Virus record (IMG/VR): IMGVR_UViG_3300007177_000042
DNA length: 64,000 nucleotides
Origin: a virus
Lineage: Duplodnaviria; Caudoviricetes
Direction: 5' to 3' (one strand)
Part shown: positions 1-10,149 of the stretch, one piece after another
Layout: every line of letters begins with the position of its first letter
Position numbering within the stretch: the first letter of the stretch is position 1
Program-made: the position numbers and the translations under genes
The notes under the pieces: generated by a model
The model's input: only the letters and a program-made list of their open reading frames with translations
What the model was told of the DNA's origin: nothing
Database searches by the model: none

Positions 1-4
1 CTCT

Positions 5-15
5 ATATTTATACC
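5..15 (+). promoter_or_regulatory. Putative late-promoter motif ATATTTATACC
   Basis: Identical 11-mer also at 42638 and 51847, each just upstream of a start codon. Confidence 0.55.
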
Positions 16-31
16 CTGACTAAAGAAGGGT

Positions 32-676
32 TTGTCTGTGTTAGATTTTATAGCATACAATCGAATCAATACGTTTGTGAATAAATTGGTAACTGTTTCT
101 GAAACGGTTACTGATGCAAACTATATTGATAATTCTCCTAACGGCATTTTCACCGGACCTAAAGGTACAATTCTTCAAAAACGAGGAAATGTACTGTCTT
201 ATAAGTACCCAACAGACGTAAACTATACTGTTTTGAATTATGCTAGTAATAGTATAGGTAATTTGTTAAACAAATACGCTGTAATTCTTAATAGAGGTGT
301 AAATAAAAACGTTACATGGATCAAACAAGATTCTGAAAACGGAACAAAATGGAAAAACCAAGGAACTTCCAACACAGATTGTCAAATTTGTGAAGTTATT
401 GTTCCGACATCTCCATGTTTGACGCCGGTAATCACTTATTTTGGTCCTCCAGCACCAACAAATCCTACTCCAATTCCACCTACACCGGGATGTACTAATA
501 TAAATTGTTTGTATGTGGACTATCTTACAGCAAATAACTTGGTTGTAATTAGTGAAAAATGTGAACCGGGCCCCGGAACGCCTGGCACATTTGGTGAAAT
601 CGTTATTTGTGAAAATTATATCTACGTCTACGACGGTGTGAAGTGGAAACGTACTGAACTTTCAGTTTATTATTAA
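32..676 (+). CDS. Putative virion structural (tail/fibre-type) protein with Pro/Thr-rich linker
   Basis: C-terminal GEIVICENYIYVYDGVKWKRTEL resembles a short terminal motif common in phage fibre/structural proteins; PPAPTNPTPIPPTPG linker; TTG start; preceded by ATATTTATACC. Confidence 0.45.
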   Translation: MSVLDFIAYNRINTFVNKLVTVSETVTDANYIDNSPNGIFTGPKGTILQKRGNVLSYKYPTDVNYTVLNYASNSIGNLLNKYAVILNRGVNKNVTWIKQDSENGTKWKNQGTSNTDCQICEVIVPTSPCLTPVITYFGPPAPTNPTPIPPTPGCTNINCLYVDYLTANNLVVISEKCEPGPGTPGTFGEIVICENYIYVYDGVKWKRTELSVYY

Positions 677-681
677 AGATC

Positions 682-710
682 TTTACCTTTACCCATTTCT
701 GTGGTATAGT
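682..710 (+). promoter_or_regulatory. Sigma70-type promoter, predicted leaderless transcript for uvsE
   Basis: TTTACC-N17-TATAGT with extended -10 TG; ATG lies 7 nt after the -10 box. Confidence 0.65.
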
Positions 711-716
711 AAGTCC

Positions 717-1646
717 ATGAAAAATATCAAATTTGGACTTTGTTGCATTTCTCTTCAACTTCAAGAACAAGGCATCAAAAGTTCTACAATGACTAAAACT
801 CGATTTTTGCAATTGGACCGCAAAAATGCAGAATCAATTGTTGCGGATCGTACACTCAACAACGTTTATGTTACACGACGTACTGTTGAACTGTGCGCAG
901 CCAAAGGGTGGAACTATCGTGTCAGTAGCGGTATGATGCCGTTGGAAACATTGCCAGACGCCAATTTGGTATTGGAAAATTGCTACAATTTCGATAAGAT
1001 TAAACGAGAGTTCGATCTTGCATCACAGATTATCAAACAACATAATATTCGTTGTAGTACACATCCCGATCAGTTTGTCGTACCAGCCAGTGGTAATCCT
1101 TCTGTAGTACAAAAGTCTATTGTTGAGTTGGAAGCTCATTCCAAAATGATGGATTATCTTGGTCTTCCTCAAAGTTACGACTCACCCATCAACATTCATA
1201 TGAATTGTTTCAAGGGTGCTGATTTAAAAGACATTGCAAAACGTTTTATTGACGTATACAACGCTTTTTCTGTAGGAGTGAGGAATAGACTGGTGTTGGA
1301 AAATGAAGACAAGCCTAATAGCTGGAATGTAGAACAGTTGTATGAACACATTTATTCACAGACCGGTATTCCTATTACTTACGACAATCTACATCACCGT
1401 TGCAATCCCGGTAAACAGACTGCCCAAGAAGCATATGATATGGCACGATCTACGTGGGCAACTTCTATTCCTCTATTTCATTTTAGCGGAAACGATGTAA
1501 CCAACACCAATCCCCGTGCTCATGCTGATTATGTTTCTCAATTTCCACATGAGTACAAAAACGAATTCAAACCTTTACATTTGGAAATGGAATTCAAAGC
1601 AAAAGATTATGCCATTGATAAGTTTTTGAAGGAAACATCTGCGTAA
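717..1646 (+). CDS. uvsE: UV DNA damage endonuclease (UvdE/UvsE family)
   Basis: FGLCCIS, YRVSSGMMP, STHPDQFVVPAS, INIHM, LVLENED, ITYDNLHH, PLFHFS, RAHADY, EFKAKD motifs. Confidence 0.93.
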   Translation: MKNIKFGLCCISLQLQEQGIKSSTMTKTRFLQLDRKNAESIVADRTLNNVYVTRRTVELCAAKGWNYRVSSGMMPLETLPDANLVLENCYNFDKIKREFDLASQIIKQHNIRCSTHPDQFVVPASGNPSVVQKSIVELEAHSKMMDYLGLPQSYDSPINIHMNCFKGADLKDIAKRFIDVYNAFSVGVRNRLVLENEDKPNSWNVEQLYEHIYSQTGIPITYDNLHHRCNPGKQTAQEAYDMARSTWATSIPLFHFSGNDVTNTNPRAHADYVSQFPHEYKNEFKPLHLEMEFKAKDYAIDKFLKETSA

Positions 1647-1663
1647 TAAAATAACACTTTTCA

Positions 1664-1691
1664 TTGACATATATGGTATATATGTTATGAT
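1664..1691 (+). promoter_or_regulatory. Strong sigma70-type promoter
   Basis: TTGACA-N16-TATGAT with extended -10 TG, followed by an A-rich leader. Confidence 0.75.
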
Positions 1692-1741
1692 ATTAGGAGT
1701 TAGTAAAAAACACTAACAAAAAATCAATAAAACAAAAAGTT

Positions 1742-1975
1742 ATGAAGATCAATACACAAAATAGACGACACATTATTCAGTCAACCACCGCCGGCCTCGC
1801 TGCACAATTTGTTGTGCCAGTCGCCGGTGCCCACCGTGCTACCACTCTTACGATCCGTACCGGAAATCGTTCGGTAGCACTCAATGGCCGCCAAGTTCGT
1901 GCTTTGCGTGATGTTCTTGCTAAGAGCACCGAGTTGGTTCGTGGGACGAGTAAGACACGTTCGTCTAAGCGTTAA
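1742..1975 (+). CDS. Small basic hypothetical protein (77 aa)
   Basis: Own promoter, A-rich leader, Arg-rich, GC-richer codon usage than neighbours. Confidence 0.7.
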   Translation: MKINTQNRRHIIQSTTAGLAAQFVVPVAGAHRATTLTIRTGNRSVALNGRQVRALRDVLAKSTELVRGTSKTRSSKR

Positions 1976-1992
1976 TAAGGGGGTGAATATTT

Positions 1993-2130
1993 ATGGGTAA
2001 AACATACAGACGTGATTCTGATTCGTTTGACAGACTTCGTAAGAAGTCCAAAACGAACAAGAATTCAAACAAGTCTAAGCCTAAGTTCGATAAGAACAAG
2101 GCATATGAACCAGTAGAATCCGAAGAATAA
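1993..2130 (+). CDS. Small Lys-rich hypothetical protein (45 aa, below the ORF-track cutoff)
   Basis: MGKTYRRDSDSFDRLRKKSKTNKNSNKSKPKFDKNKAYEPVESEE fills the gap exactly; stop is 1 nt before the next ATG. Confidence 0.7.
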   Translation: MGKTYRRDSDSFDRLRKKSKTNKNSNKSKPKFDKNKAYEPVESEE

Positions 2131-2131
2131 A

Positions 2132-2410
2132 ATGTTCAAAAAAGCAATATTATGGTCGTATATAGTATTGGCTTTATTTACCTATAAATTTCCGATATTA
2201 GTGCCACTAAGTTTAATCTTAGTGGCATTTTCTTTTTATCATATGCATCGGATTTTATTGATGAATAAAGACATAATCGACCAAAACACAGACGATGTTA
2301 ATCGTAGTATAACATCTTTACTTAACAATCAGAAAACCATACAATCTGACCTTAGAAAACTCAAATCATATACCGAGAAAAATGGCAAAAAAAGCGACAA
2401 CAAAAACTAA
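2132..2410 (+). CDS. Small membrane protein with C-terminal coiled coil
   Basis: Two N-terminal hydrophobic segments; operon packing. Confidence 0.6.
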   Translation: MFKKAILWSYIVLALFTYKFPILVPLSLILVAFSFYHMHRILLMNKDIIDQNTDDVNRSITSLLNNQKTIQSDLRKLKSYTEKNGKKSDNKN

Positions 2411-2894
2411 GAAGGTTCAGGTCGATGAAAGTGGTAATCCGATACCAAAAGCACTGGGTCTATTTGACCATGTGAATCATATACGTAAAGTCCAATCACT
2501 AGATTATTACGACACATTGTCTGATGTGGACAAAAAATCGTTTAATCATTTTATGATTTTGAGGACTTTATCGATGGACAGAAGTTCTATAGATTCGATT
2601 TCAAGTATAGCAAAATATCAATCTATAGTTCCCTCTAGAAATTTTTACATGTTGTGTACTGCTGTTACTAATCAAACTAATACCTATTTTCCTTATATCA
2701 AATCGTCTGCCAAATCGTTTAGTGATAAATTGATAGAATTGGTATCAAAAAAGTTTGAAGTGTCTACATTTGAAGCCAAAGAATATTGCAGAATTTATAT
2801 GAAAGATGAATCGGGTGTTAACGAGCTTCGACTCATATGTAAAGGGTACGGATTAACAGATAAAGAAGTTGATCAAGCAATGAAATATGAGTAA
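2382..2894 (+). CDS. Clamp loader small subunit (T4 gp62-like)
   Basis: LFDHVNHI...KSFNHFMILRTLSM...YFPYIK...LIELVSKKFEVS..EAKEY pattern resembles gp62; large subunit and clamp also in window. Confidence 0.65.
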   Translation: MAKKATTKTKKVQVDESGNPIPKALGLFDHVNHIRKVQSLDYYDTLSDVDKKSFNHFMILRTLSMDRSSIDSISSIAKYQSIVPSRNFYMLCTAVTNQTNTYFPYIKSSAKSFSDKLIELVSKKFEVSTFEAKEYCRIYMKDESGVNELRLICKGYGLTDKEVDQAMKYE

Positions 2895-3549
2895 ACGTTA
2901 TATTGGAATTTCAGGTGTAGCAAGATCTGGTAAAAACCTATTTTGTGACATATCAAAAAATATACTGACCGAGAAGTATGGAGTCACATGTAACTCCTAC
3001 GCATTGGCATTTTATCTAAAGAACGATTGTCGTGAGTTTATCAAAGACAAACTCGGATTGGATGTTTTCACCGAAAATACCGATGAAAAGAAAATTTTCA
3101 GAGAAATGCTTGTTTGGTATGGTGACGTAAAACGTAAACAGTCTAACGGTCGTTATTGGACGGAAAAGTTACAAGCTGATATTGAAAAGGACAATTCGGA
3201 TGTTATCTTTATTACAGACATTCGTTATGATTTTTATCCAAAAGATGAAGTATACTGGATTAAGAAAGACCTAAATGGAACTTTGATTCACGTATCCAAA
3301 TATACATATGGATTTCCTCCGGACGGTCGTCGTATTCGTAGTGATGTAGCTGACACACAACAAAAAATTTGGGTTGAACCTGCCAACGATCATGAACGTT
3401 GGAACGATCCAAAAGTTAAAGCAGCTGCAGATTATACTGTTGCGTGGCCACATATAAAATCAGATGGGAAGACATATGATGATATTGTTAGGGACGAGTA
3501 TCTTAATACATTGATTTCTCCTATTTACGAACGAATATTTGGAAAATGA
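2887..3549 (+). CDS. Deoxynucleoside monophosphate kinase (T4 gp1-like)
   Basis: P-loop IGISGVARSGKN, FREMLVWYG..KR, IFITDIRY..E. Confidence 0.8.
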   Translation: MSKRYIGISGVARSGKNLFCDISKNILTEKYGVTCNSYALAFYLKNDCREFIKDKLGLDVFTENTDEKKIFREMLVWYGDVKRKQSNGRYWTEKLQADIEKDNSDVIFITDIRYDFYPKDEVYWIKKDLNGTLIHVSKYTYGFPPDGRRIRSDVADTQQKIWVEPANDHERWNDPKVKAAADYTVAWPHIKSDGKTYDDIVRDEYLNTLISPIYERIFGK

Positions 3550-4385
3550 AAGGAATCATTCTATCAGGCGGCACTGGTTCTAGATTATATCCACTAACAA
3601 CGGTGGTCAATAAACAACTATTGCCTGTGTATGACAAACCAATGATATACTATCCTTTGTCTACACTTATATCGTGTGGGATAAAGGATATATGCATCAT
3701 TTCATCTTACGATTTTTTGCCTCTATATGAACGGTTGTTTGGCGACGGTAATAAACTTGGATTAAACTTGACATATAAAGTTCAACCAAAACCAGATGGT
3801 ATTGCCCAGTCTTTTATTATCGCTGAAGATTTTATCGGAGATGACAGTGTATCTTTGATTCTCGGTGATAATATTTTCCATGGGTTTAATCGAATGAGAG
3901 TCGATTTCACCGGTGCGGTTGTATTTGCTTACAAAGTCAATAATCCACAGGAATATGGTGTGGTTGAATTTAACGATGACGGTAAGGTTTTGTCCATTGA
4001 GGAAAAACCAACCTCACCTAAGACAAAATACGCCGTTCCTGGCCTATATTTCTACGACAACAGAGTCGTGAGTATAGCGAAACAACTAAAACCCTCTAAA
4101 CGAGGTGAACTAGAAATCACGGACATCAACCAAAAATATCTTGAAACCAACGATTTGAACGTGGTTAGGATGCCAAAAGGAACTGTTTGGCTGGATGCTG
4201 GTGTACCTTCTACTTTATCACAGGCAAGTAATTATGTACAAACAGTGCAAGAACGACAGGGGTGTAAAATAGCGTGTATTGAAGAAGATTGTTTGAATCA
4301 AGGGTTCATTGATAAAAAACAATTCAAGACGTTAATAAGCAAACTACCAAAATCGGAATATAGAACATACTTAGAATCTTTATGA
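3546..4385 (+). CDS. rmlA: Glucose-1-phosphate thymidylyltransferase
   Basis: GIILSGGTGSRLYPLT, KQLLPVYDKPMIYYPL, QPKPDGIAQSF, LILGDN, EEKP, RGELEITD, WLDAG. Confidence 0.95.
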   Translation: MKGIILSGGTGSRLYPLTTVVNKQLLPVYDKPMIYYPLSTLISCGIKDICIISSYDFLPLYERLFGDGNKLGLNLTYKVQPKPDGIAQSFIIAEDFIGDDSVSLILGDNIFHGFNRMRVDFTGAVVFAYKVNNPQEYGVVEFNDDGKVLSIEEKPTSPKTKYAVPGLYFYDNRVVSIAKQLKPSKRGELEITDINQKYLETNDLNVVRMPKGTVWLDAGVPSTLSQASNYVQTVQERQGCKIACIEEDCLNQGFIDKKQFKTLISKLPKSEYRTYLESL

Positions 4386-5248
4386 TATTATTACTTGGAT
4401 CAACGGGATATATTGGTACAGAATTTTATAGACAACTGTTTCAAAGGGGTATACCTACACGAAGTTGTACAGTACCCACAAAGGAATTGACGTTTAATCA
4501 GCTTAAAATGTTACACAAAACATTAAAATTGACAGCAGTTATTAACTGCGCTGGATATACCGGCAAACCAAACGTAGATGCTTGTGAGACTGACAAACAT
4601 AATGCGATATATGGAAACGTCGTTGTACCAGAAATGGTATCTATTTTTTGTGCTGATAACAACATCACGTTTGGACATGTATCATCTGGATGTATTTATA
4701 CGGGTCGTAGATTAGATGGACAACCATTTACAGAACATGATCGACCAAATTTTAGTTTTGAACAAAACAATTGTAGTTTTTATAGCGGAACTAAAGCTCT
4801 TGCAGAAGACATAATAAAGAAAAATGGAAACAAACATTATATATGGAGACTGCGTATACCATTTGAAGAGAAAAACAACTCTCGAAATTATTTGTCTAAA
4901 ATGTTGAATTACAAAAAACTTTTGGACGCAGAAAACTCTATATCTAATAAACAAGAATTTGTAAATGCTTGTATAGAAACATTGGTAAAAGAAGTTCCGT
5001 ATGGAATCTACAATGTTACAAACACTGGTTTTATAACCACCAAACATGTTATTCAAAAAATGCAAAATACAATCGCTAAAGACAAAGTGTTTGAATTTTT
5101 TGAAAATGAAGAAGACTTTTACAAGATCGCTGCAAAAACACCTAGATCAAATTGTGTGATGAGTAATAAAAAGTTATTGGATGCTGGTATTAAAATGCGA
5201 GATGTAGACGAAGCATTGGATTATTGTTTAACAAATTGGATCTCATGA
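4382..5248 (+). CDS. NDP-4-keto-6-deoxyglucose epimerase/reductase-like SDR (RmlD/UER1-like)
   Basis: GSTGYIG, VINCAGYTGKPNVDACE, SSGCIY, SFYSGTKALAE, RLRIPF, RNYLSKM; closer to the plant UER1/NRS-ER pattern than to canonical RmlD. Confidence 0.8.
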   Translation: MILLLGSTGYIGTEFYRQLFQRGIPTRSCTVPTKELTFNQLKMLHKTLKLTAVINCAGYTGKPNVDACETDKHNAIYGNVVVPEMVSIFCADNNITFGHVSSGCIYTGRRLDGQPFTEHDRPNFSFEQNNCSFYSGTKALAEDIIKKNGNKHYIWRLRIPFEEKNNSRNYLSKMLNYKKLLDAENSISNKQEFVNACIETLVKEVPYGIYNVTNTGFITTKHVIQKMQNTIAKDKVFEFFENEEDFYKIAAKTPRSNCVMSNKKLLDAGIKMRDVDEALDYCLTNWIS

Positions 5249-6204
5249 ACTTGCTTGTTACCGGCGGATGTGGTTTTATAGGATCACATTTTATAGATGA
5301 AATGTTAAAACGTGACAATGTATATTCCATTGTGAATGTGGATAACATGTCGTATGCAGCCAATAAACAACTTTCATTTTCAAACAATGAAAGATATCAT
5401 CACTACAGTCTGGATATTTCTAAAAATCCAATTGATTTTTTGCTAAAATCGTATCATATCACCGACATAGTACATTTTGCGGCTGAAAGTCACGTTGATA
5501 ATAGCATCAATGATAGTGATCCTTTTATACAAACAAACATCGTTGGAACACACAAACTTTTGACAGATTGTTTGAAATATTCAAAGACGACGAACATTAG
5601 GTTTATTCATGTATCAACGGACGAAGTGTTTGGAAGTTTGGACTATACAGATGAACGATTCACTGTGCGTAGTCCATATAGACCAAACAGTCCATATGCA
5701 GCCAGTAAAGCTGCAAGTGATTTATTGGTAAGAAGTTTTGTAAGAACACACAGATTTCCAGCAATCATAACCAATTGTAGCAACAATTTTGGTCCTCGAC
5801 AACATAAAGAAAAGATGATACCAACGTGCATTCGGAATTTGAGAAATAAAACTCCGATTCCACTGTACGGAACCGGAACAAATATTCGTGATTGGATTTA
5901 CGTAAAAGATCATGTAAACATGTTGGTAAAAATACTTTATCAGGGAACAATTGGAAAACAATACTTAATAGGTGGTGATAATGAGATGACCAATATCCAA
6001 TTGATTACAGCGATAAAAGAACAATATTCATTGTTAACAGGTATTGATGTTGATTGGACATGGGTAAAATATGTGAATGATCGAAAGGGTCACGATTTGC
6101 GTTATGCGATTGATAATACCGATCTCATTGCAGAGTTTGGTGATCTTAATTATAACAACTTTACAAATGCGTTAAAGCAGACTATATTGTCGTATATATC
6201 ATGA
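5245..6204 (+). CDS. rmlB: dTDP-glucose 4,6-dehydratase
   Basis: [68 protein letters not shown]; start placed at the ATGA overlap. Confidence 0.95.
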   Translation: MNLLVTGGCGFIGSHFIDEMLKRDNVYSIVNVDNMSYAANKQLSFSNNERYHHYSLDISKNPIDFLLKSYHITDIVHFAAESHVDNSINDSDPFIQTNIVGTHKLLTDCLKYSKTTNIRFIHVSTDEVFGSLDYTDERFTVRSPYRPNSPYAASKAASDLLVRSFVRTHRFPAIITNCSNNFGPRQHKEKMIPTCIRNLRNKTPIPLYGTGTNIRDWIYVKDHVNMLVKILYQGTIGKQYLIGGDNEMTNIQLITAIKEQYSLLTGIDVDWTWVKYVNDRKGHDLRYAIDNTDLIAEFGDLNYNNFTNALKQTILSYIS

Positions 6205-7544
6205 GTGAATTTTTTGAAATTGAATCGTCCGATAAAGAGTACAAACATAAGGTTTTAGTATGGCCAAACATTACATACTCTGAAAATCTTGAAAAAGACT
6301 CGTATGTTATTGTATTATCAAATGTTATTAAAGCATTGAAATCGGTTCGCGATGATATATTTTGGACTATTGTAACGCCTGCTCATACAAAACTGTTGCA
6401 ATATGAAAATACTGAACAACTTATTTACAAATTCCCGACTTATCCAAATACGATGCGAGTTCATTTCGATGTGGATAAAGTTGCAAATATTCTTGATGTA
6501 CATAATCAGGATTATGACATAATCTATTCTCATCTGCCAGAACATACACTACAATTGGCTAATTATATTTACAACAATGCTGGAATTCGTCCTAAAATTG
6601 TTGGATACTGTCATTGGTATGAAGTCGAAGAAAACACCGGATACAGCAAAAACGTATTTGATCTCAATATTCTAGGTACGTTGGAGATGGAACAATGTGG
6701 TGTCAACTCAAAGTGGTTGAAAGAATTGGTATTACAACGTGCCGAAAGAACATTTAGTGCAGAAGTAATAAACAAACTGAATAGAATTATTCAACCACAT
6801 TATCTATCAAGCGATAGTGATTTTGACAACACCAATAAAACGATTGATAAAAGCATATTTTTCAATCACCGACCAAATGACTATACAGGATGGAACAGTT
6901 TTGTACAAGTCATGGATAAGTTGTGGGAAAAACGACAAGATTTTACTGTATATGTGACTCTTGCTGACGAATGTCGTCCTTACATCAAACGTGTCGAGTT
7001 AGAACGAAACAAATATTTTGACTTCATCAAACAAATGCACGTCGGAGTTGGATATTTTCAGACATATAGTGCATGGTCTTTGAGTGTAACCGATGGATTA
7101 ACAAGAGGTCTTCCATATCTTCTTCCAAAGAAACTATGCTATCCTGAAATGGTTGGCCCCGACTATCCGTTATTTTACGAAAACGAGGCAGAGTTTTTGA
7201 ATAAGCTTGAGGCAGCATTGGATAATAAAAACTTCAAAGTCGATCACGCAAACGAAATGAAAGAAATCGCGGATAGTCTTAGTTATAAAAATACCGTGCT
7301 TCAATGGTTCGATGAGTGGAGTATATTTGATGAATACGAAGTAATAAAGAGAAGTAAGGCGTATACTGATATTGTTAAGTTTATTGAACAAAACAAATGT
7401 GTTTCAAAACGTGATATTCTTGATTACTTGAACTGGGGTAGACAAATATCGTTTACTCCATATCGAAATACATTGAGAGAAGATCCAAGAATCATATTGA
7501 CTAAGGATCGATACATTTTCAAGACCGAGAAAACGACCGGATAA
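6201..7544 (+). CDS. GT-B fold glycosyltransferase with a short C-terminal helical extension
   Basis: [40 protein letters not shown] resembles the GT-B donor-binding region. Confidence 0.7.
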   Translation: MSEFFEIESSDKEYKHKVLVWPNITYSENLEKDSYVIVLSNVIKALKSVRDDIFWTIVTPAHTKLLQYENTEQLIYKFPTYPNTMRVHFDVDKVANILDVHNQDYDIIYSHLPEHTLQLANYIYNNAGIRPKIVGYCHWYEVEENTGYSKNVFDLNILGTLEMEQCGVNSKWLKELVLQRAERTFSAEVINKLNRIIQPHYLSSDSDFDNTNKTIDKSIFFNHRPNDYTGWNSFVQVMDKLWEKRQDFTVYVTLADECRPYIKRVELERNKYFDFIKQMHVGVGYFQTYSAWSLSVTDGLTRGLPYLLPKKLCYPEMVGPDYPLFYENEAEFLNKLEAALDNKNFKVDHANEMKEIADSLSYKNTVLQWFDEWSIFDEYEVIKRSKAYTDIVKFIEQNKCVSKRDILDYLNWGRQISFTPYRNTLREDPRIILTKDRYIFKTEKTTG

Positions 7545-7815
7545 TTGCGTTGTTGTGAACAAACGTAATTTTTGGTTGATCTAATACGGTAAAAAACACA
7601 TTGATATTGGCTGCTATTGTAGATGTCACCAACAATCTATATTGTGTTTCACATTCCATTTTAAGTCTGATTTTTTCTGCTTTTCGATTACACGAACACA
7701 TGTCTCTATAAGACTCGACAAGCAAAATATAATCCTTCATACCACCAATCGTATTTGAAATGGCATCATTGTTTTTAAGCAAATTGTAAAACTCCGTAAA
7801 ATTATTGATCGTCAT
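7519..7815 (-). CDS. Hypothetical protein
   Basis: ATGA-coupled to the upstream gene; last gene of the minus-strand operon. Confidence 0.6.
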   Translation of the reverse strand: MTINNFTEFYNLLKNNDAISNTIGGMKDYILLVESYRDMCSCNRKAEKIRLKMECETQYRLLVTSTIAANINVFFTVLDQPKITFVHNNAIIRSFSRS

Positions 7816-8150
7816 AGAATCTTGTTCGTTATGGTAAAATATAACACCATTGATATTAAGTATTGAACACACACGGTATCGATTGTATTAAAGAAAATAG
7901 ACGATAGTATGTTAATCCAAAATCCTATACACCAAGGACACGATATCAATTTTGTAAAGAAACACGGATAAGTCGATTTTAACCAAGGAAGATATTCTAA
8001 TGTAAAATCGTTTTTGTATGCTTCTTCAAATTGGTCGATTTTGAATATCTTTGTTAACTTGAACAGTTTTGAGTATTCGATAAATGCTTCAGTATTGAAC
8101 CAAAGTATAAGTGTTACCGTCGAAAAGCATATTGTGTTTACAAAGTTCAT
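7812..8150 (-). CDS. Small membrane protein with CPWC motif (DUF1360-like)
   Basis: Hydrophobic segments and LISCPWCIGFW. Confidence 0.6.
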   Translation of the reverse strand: MNFVNTICFSTVTLILWFNTEAFIEYSKLFKLTKIFKIDQFEEAYKNDFTLEYLPWLKSTYPCFFTKLISCPWCIGFWINILSSIFFNTIDTVCVQYLISMVLYFTITNKIL

Positions 8151-9055
8151 AGGGCAGATCTGATAGTGTATTGGTTTTTGATCTGAAACTCTTGTAGGCA
8201 CCTGCCTAACGCCGCCTCAGCCTTACTCTTGAAGTTGTTTCTATCCTCAAAGTATACCACGTAGTTTTTGTATGGGTTTGACCGCAACAAATAGTTCTCT
8301 GCTACAATTATATTGTTCATCAGATATTGTTCAACGTCGATCTTGTTTAGTTTCATTATTTGCGCAGCAAACATAACATAGGTATCATCTACACCGTATG
8401 GACCCAATACGTCTGGAATATCGGTGTGAGTCAGTAAATTAGAACTGATCATGTTAAACCATCCACCACCAAACTTTATTGGATTGCATGGCATAAGATT
8501 GACCGAATCAGAGTATGATTTTCTATTTACCTCGAAATATGGGTTGATGGTTCGTTCACTGCCGTACTTGTTGTCAATAAACTGTGAATTTACCAAATGG
8601 TCCCATGTAGAATCCCATATTTTTGTTATTTGTGGAGAAACGATATAATACTTGTTGGAAATGTGTTTAGCACAATGTATAGCGTAAGCCAAAATCCCAA
8701 CGGGAAATACCAAATCAGAATCAAGATAGATGAATGCATCTACACTATTTCCGAATTTACGTACACTGTTTCGTCTTTTGTCGTTAATACCTCTACATGA
8801 ACCATAGTCATCCACGTCAAAAATATAGTTTTTTGCCCACGATGTGTGTGTTACATATTTCGTAAGCGATTCAAACTTTTCTATGAAAAACTCTTTCGGA
8901 ATTTTGGTTTGATCCCAATTTACAGTGTTTAGATTAAGAGTTACATCCAATGTAACTTCCGCAGAATCAATAACTTCTTGACTCAAAACAGTTAGTTGAC
9001 GTTCAAATTCGTCAAGTTCATGGGGTAGAAGATGTGTAACTATTTGAATTTTCAT
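8147..9055 (-). CDS. GT-A fold glycosyltransferase
   Basis: FIYLDSDLVFP DxD motif; GGGWF and GPYGVDDTYV. Confidence 0.7.
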   Translation of the reverse strand: MKIQIVTHLLPHELDEFERQLTVLSQEVIDSAEVTLDVTLNLNTVNWDQTKIPKEFFIEKFESLTKYVTHTSWAKNYIFDVDDYGSCRGINDKRRNSVRKFGNSVDAFIYLDSDLVFPVGILAYAIHCAKHISNKYYIVSPQITKIWDSTWDHLVNSQFIDNKYGSERTINPYFEVNRKSYSDSVNLMPCNPIKFGGGWFNMISSNLLTHTDIPDVLGPYGVDDTYVMFAAQIMKLNKIDVEQYLMNNIIVAENYLLRSNPYKNYVVYFEDRNNFKSKAEAALGRCLQEFQIKNQYTIRSAL

Positions 9056-10149
9056 AGGATGTGTTTCTTAAACTTATGCATAGCAGAAGATATTACCTGA
9101 TGCATATCATAATACTTATACTCAGCTAATCGACCGCCAAATATGTATTTTGAGTCTTCTGAGAATAATAATCGATATTGTTGATAACGGTGCATATTTT
9201 TTTCATCATTGATCGGATAGTATTTTTCTTTTCCACGTTCCCACGTTTGTGGAAATTCTTTTGATATAATTGTAAAGTCTTGCGTACCAAACTCAAAATG
9301 TTTGTGTTCGACAATACGAGTGTATGGAATTGATTGTTCTGTAAAGTTCATTACAGCACATCCTTGATAATCTGGTTTGTTTAATCTATATTCTTCGAAA
9401 CGAAGACTTCGATATTCAAGTTCTCCATATTTGTAATCACAAAATTCATCTAATGCACCAGTATAAACCACCTTTTTTGCTAGATTGTCCCATTTATCTT
9501 GGTTTTTCAAATAATCTTCGTTGAGGATAACATCACATCCTTCTTGCATGTTTTCCAACATACGTGTGTATCCTCCAATAGGAATGCCTTGATGACAATC
9601 ATAGAAATAGTTATCGTCAAAGTTGGTACGTATTGGTATTCTGGAAATTATGCTTTTAGGTAATTCTTTGGGTTCTCGTCCCCATTGTTTTTTAGTATAT
9701 CCATGAAAAAATTTCAAATAAATCTCTTCTCCAACCGTAGATAAAAGATGTTCCTCTAAGTTTGAAGGGTTATCAATTTTGACACGAACTTCATTTAGTT
9801 TATTTATAGCTTCTTCTGGAGTGTTGCATCCGAAGATTTGATACAATGTAAACAAATTGATCGGAAACGAGTATATTTGATTTTGATAGTTTACCTTTAC
9901 ACGATTAGTAAAGTGGTTGAATTTTGCAAATCTATTGACGTATGTCCATACGTCTGCATTGGATGTTCTAAAAATGTGAGGACCATATTTGTGGACGTTG
10001 ATGCCGTTGACATTTTCTGTGTACACGTTTCCAGCATTATGCGTCCGTTTGTCAATGATCAAACATTTTAGTCCATGTTCAGTTGCTTGTTGTGCAAAAA
10101 CACTACCAAACATACCACTACCCACTATCAAAAGGTCGTATGATTTCAT
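9052..10149 (-). CDS. glf: UDP-galactopyranose mutase
   Basis: IVGSGMFGSVFA, HKYGPHIF, YTKKQWG, QGIPIGGYT, YTRIVEHKHF, YYPIND, GRLAEYKYYDMHQ. Confidence 0.95.
   Translation of the reverse strand: MKSYDLLIVGSGMFGSVFAQQATEHGLKCLIIDKRTHNAGNVYTENVNGINVHKYGPHIFRTSNADVWTYVNRFAKFNHFTNRVKVNYQNQIYSFPINLFTLYQIFGCNTPEEAINKLNEVRVKIDNPSNLEEHLLSTVGEEIYLKFFHGYTKKQWGREPKELPKSIISRIPIRTNFDDNYFYDCHQGIPIGGYTRMLENMQEGCDVILNEDYLKNQDKWDNLAKKVVYTGALDEFCDYKYGELEYRSLRFEEYRLNKPDYQGCAVMNFTEQSIPYTRIVEHKHFEFGTQDFTIISKEFPQTWERGKEKYYPINDEKNMHRYQQYRLLFSEDSKYIFGGRLAEYKYYDMHQVISSAMHKFKKHIL

Noticed and set aside
1695-1699. AGGAG as the Shine-Dalgarno of the 1742 ORF
   Set aside because: About 42 nt from the ATG and overlapping the predicted transcription start
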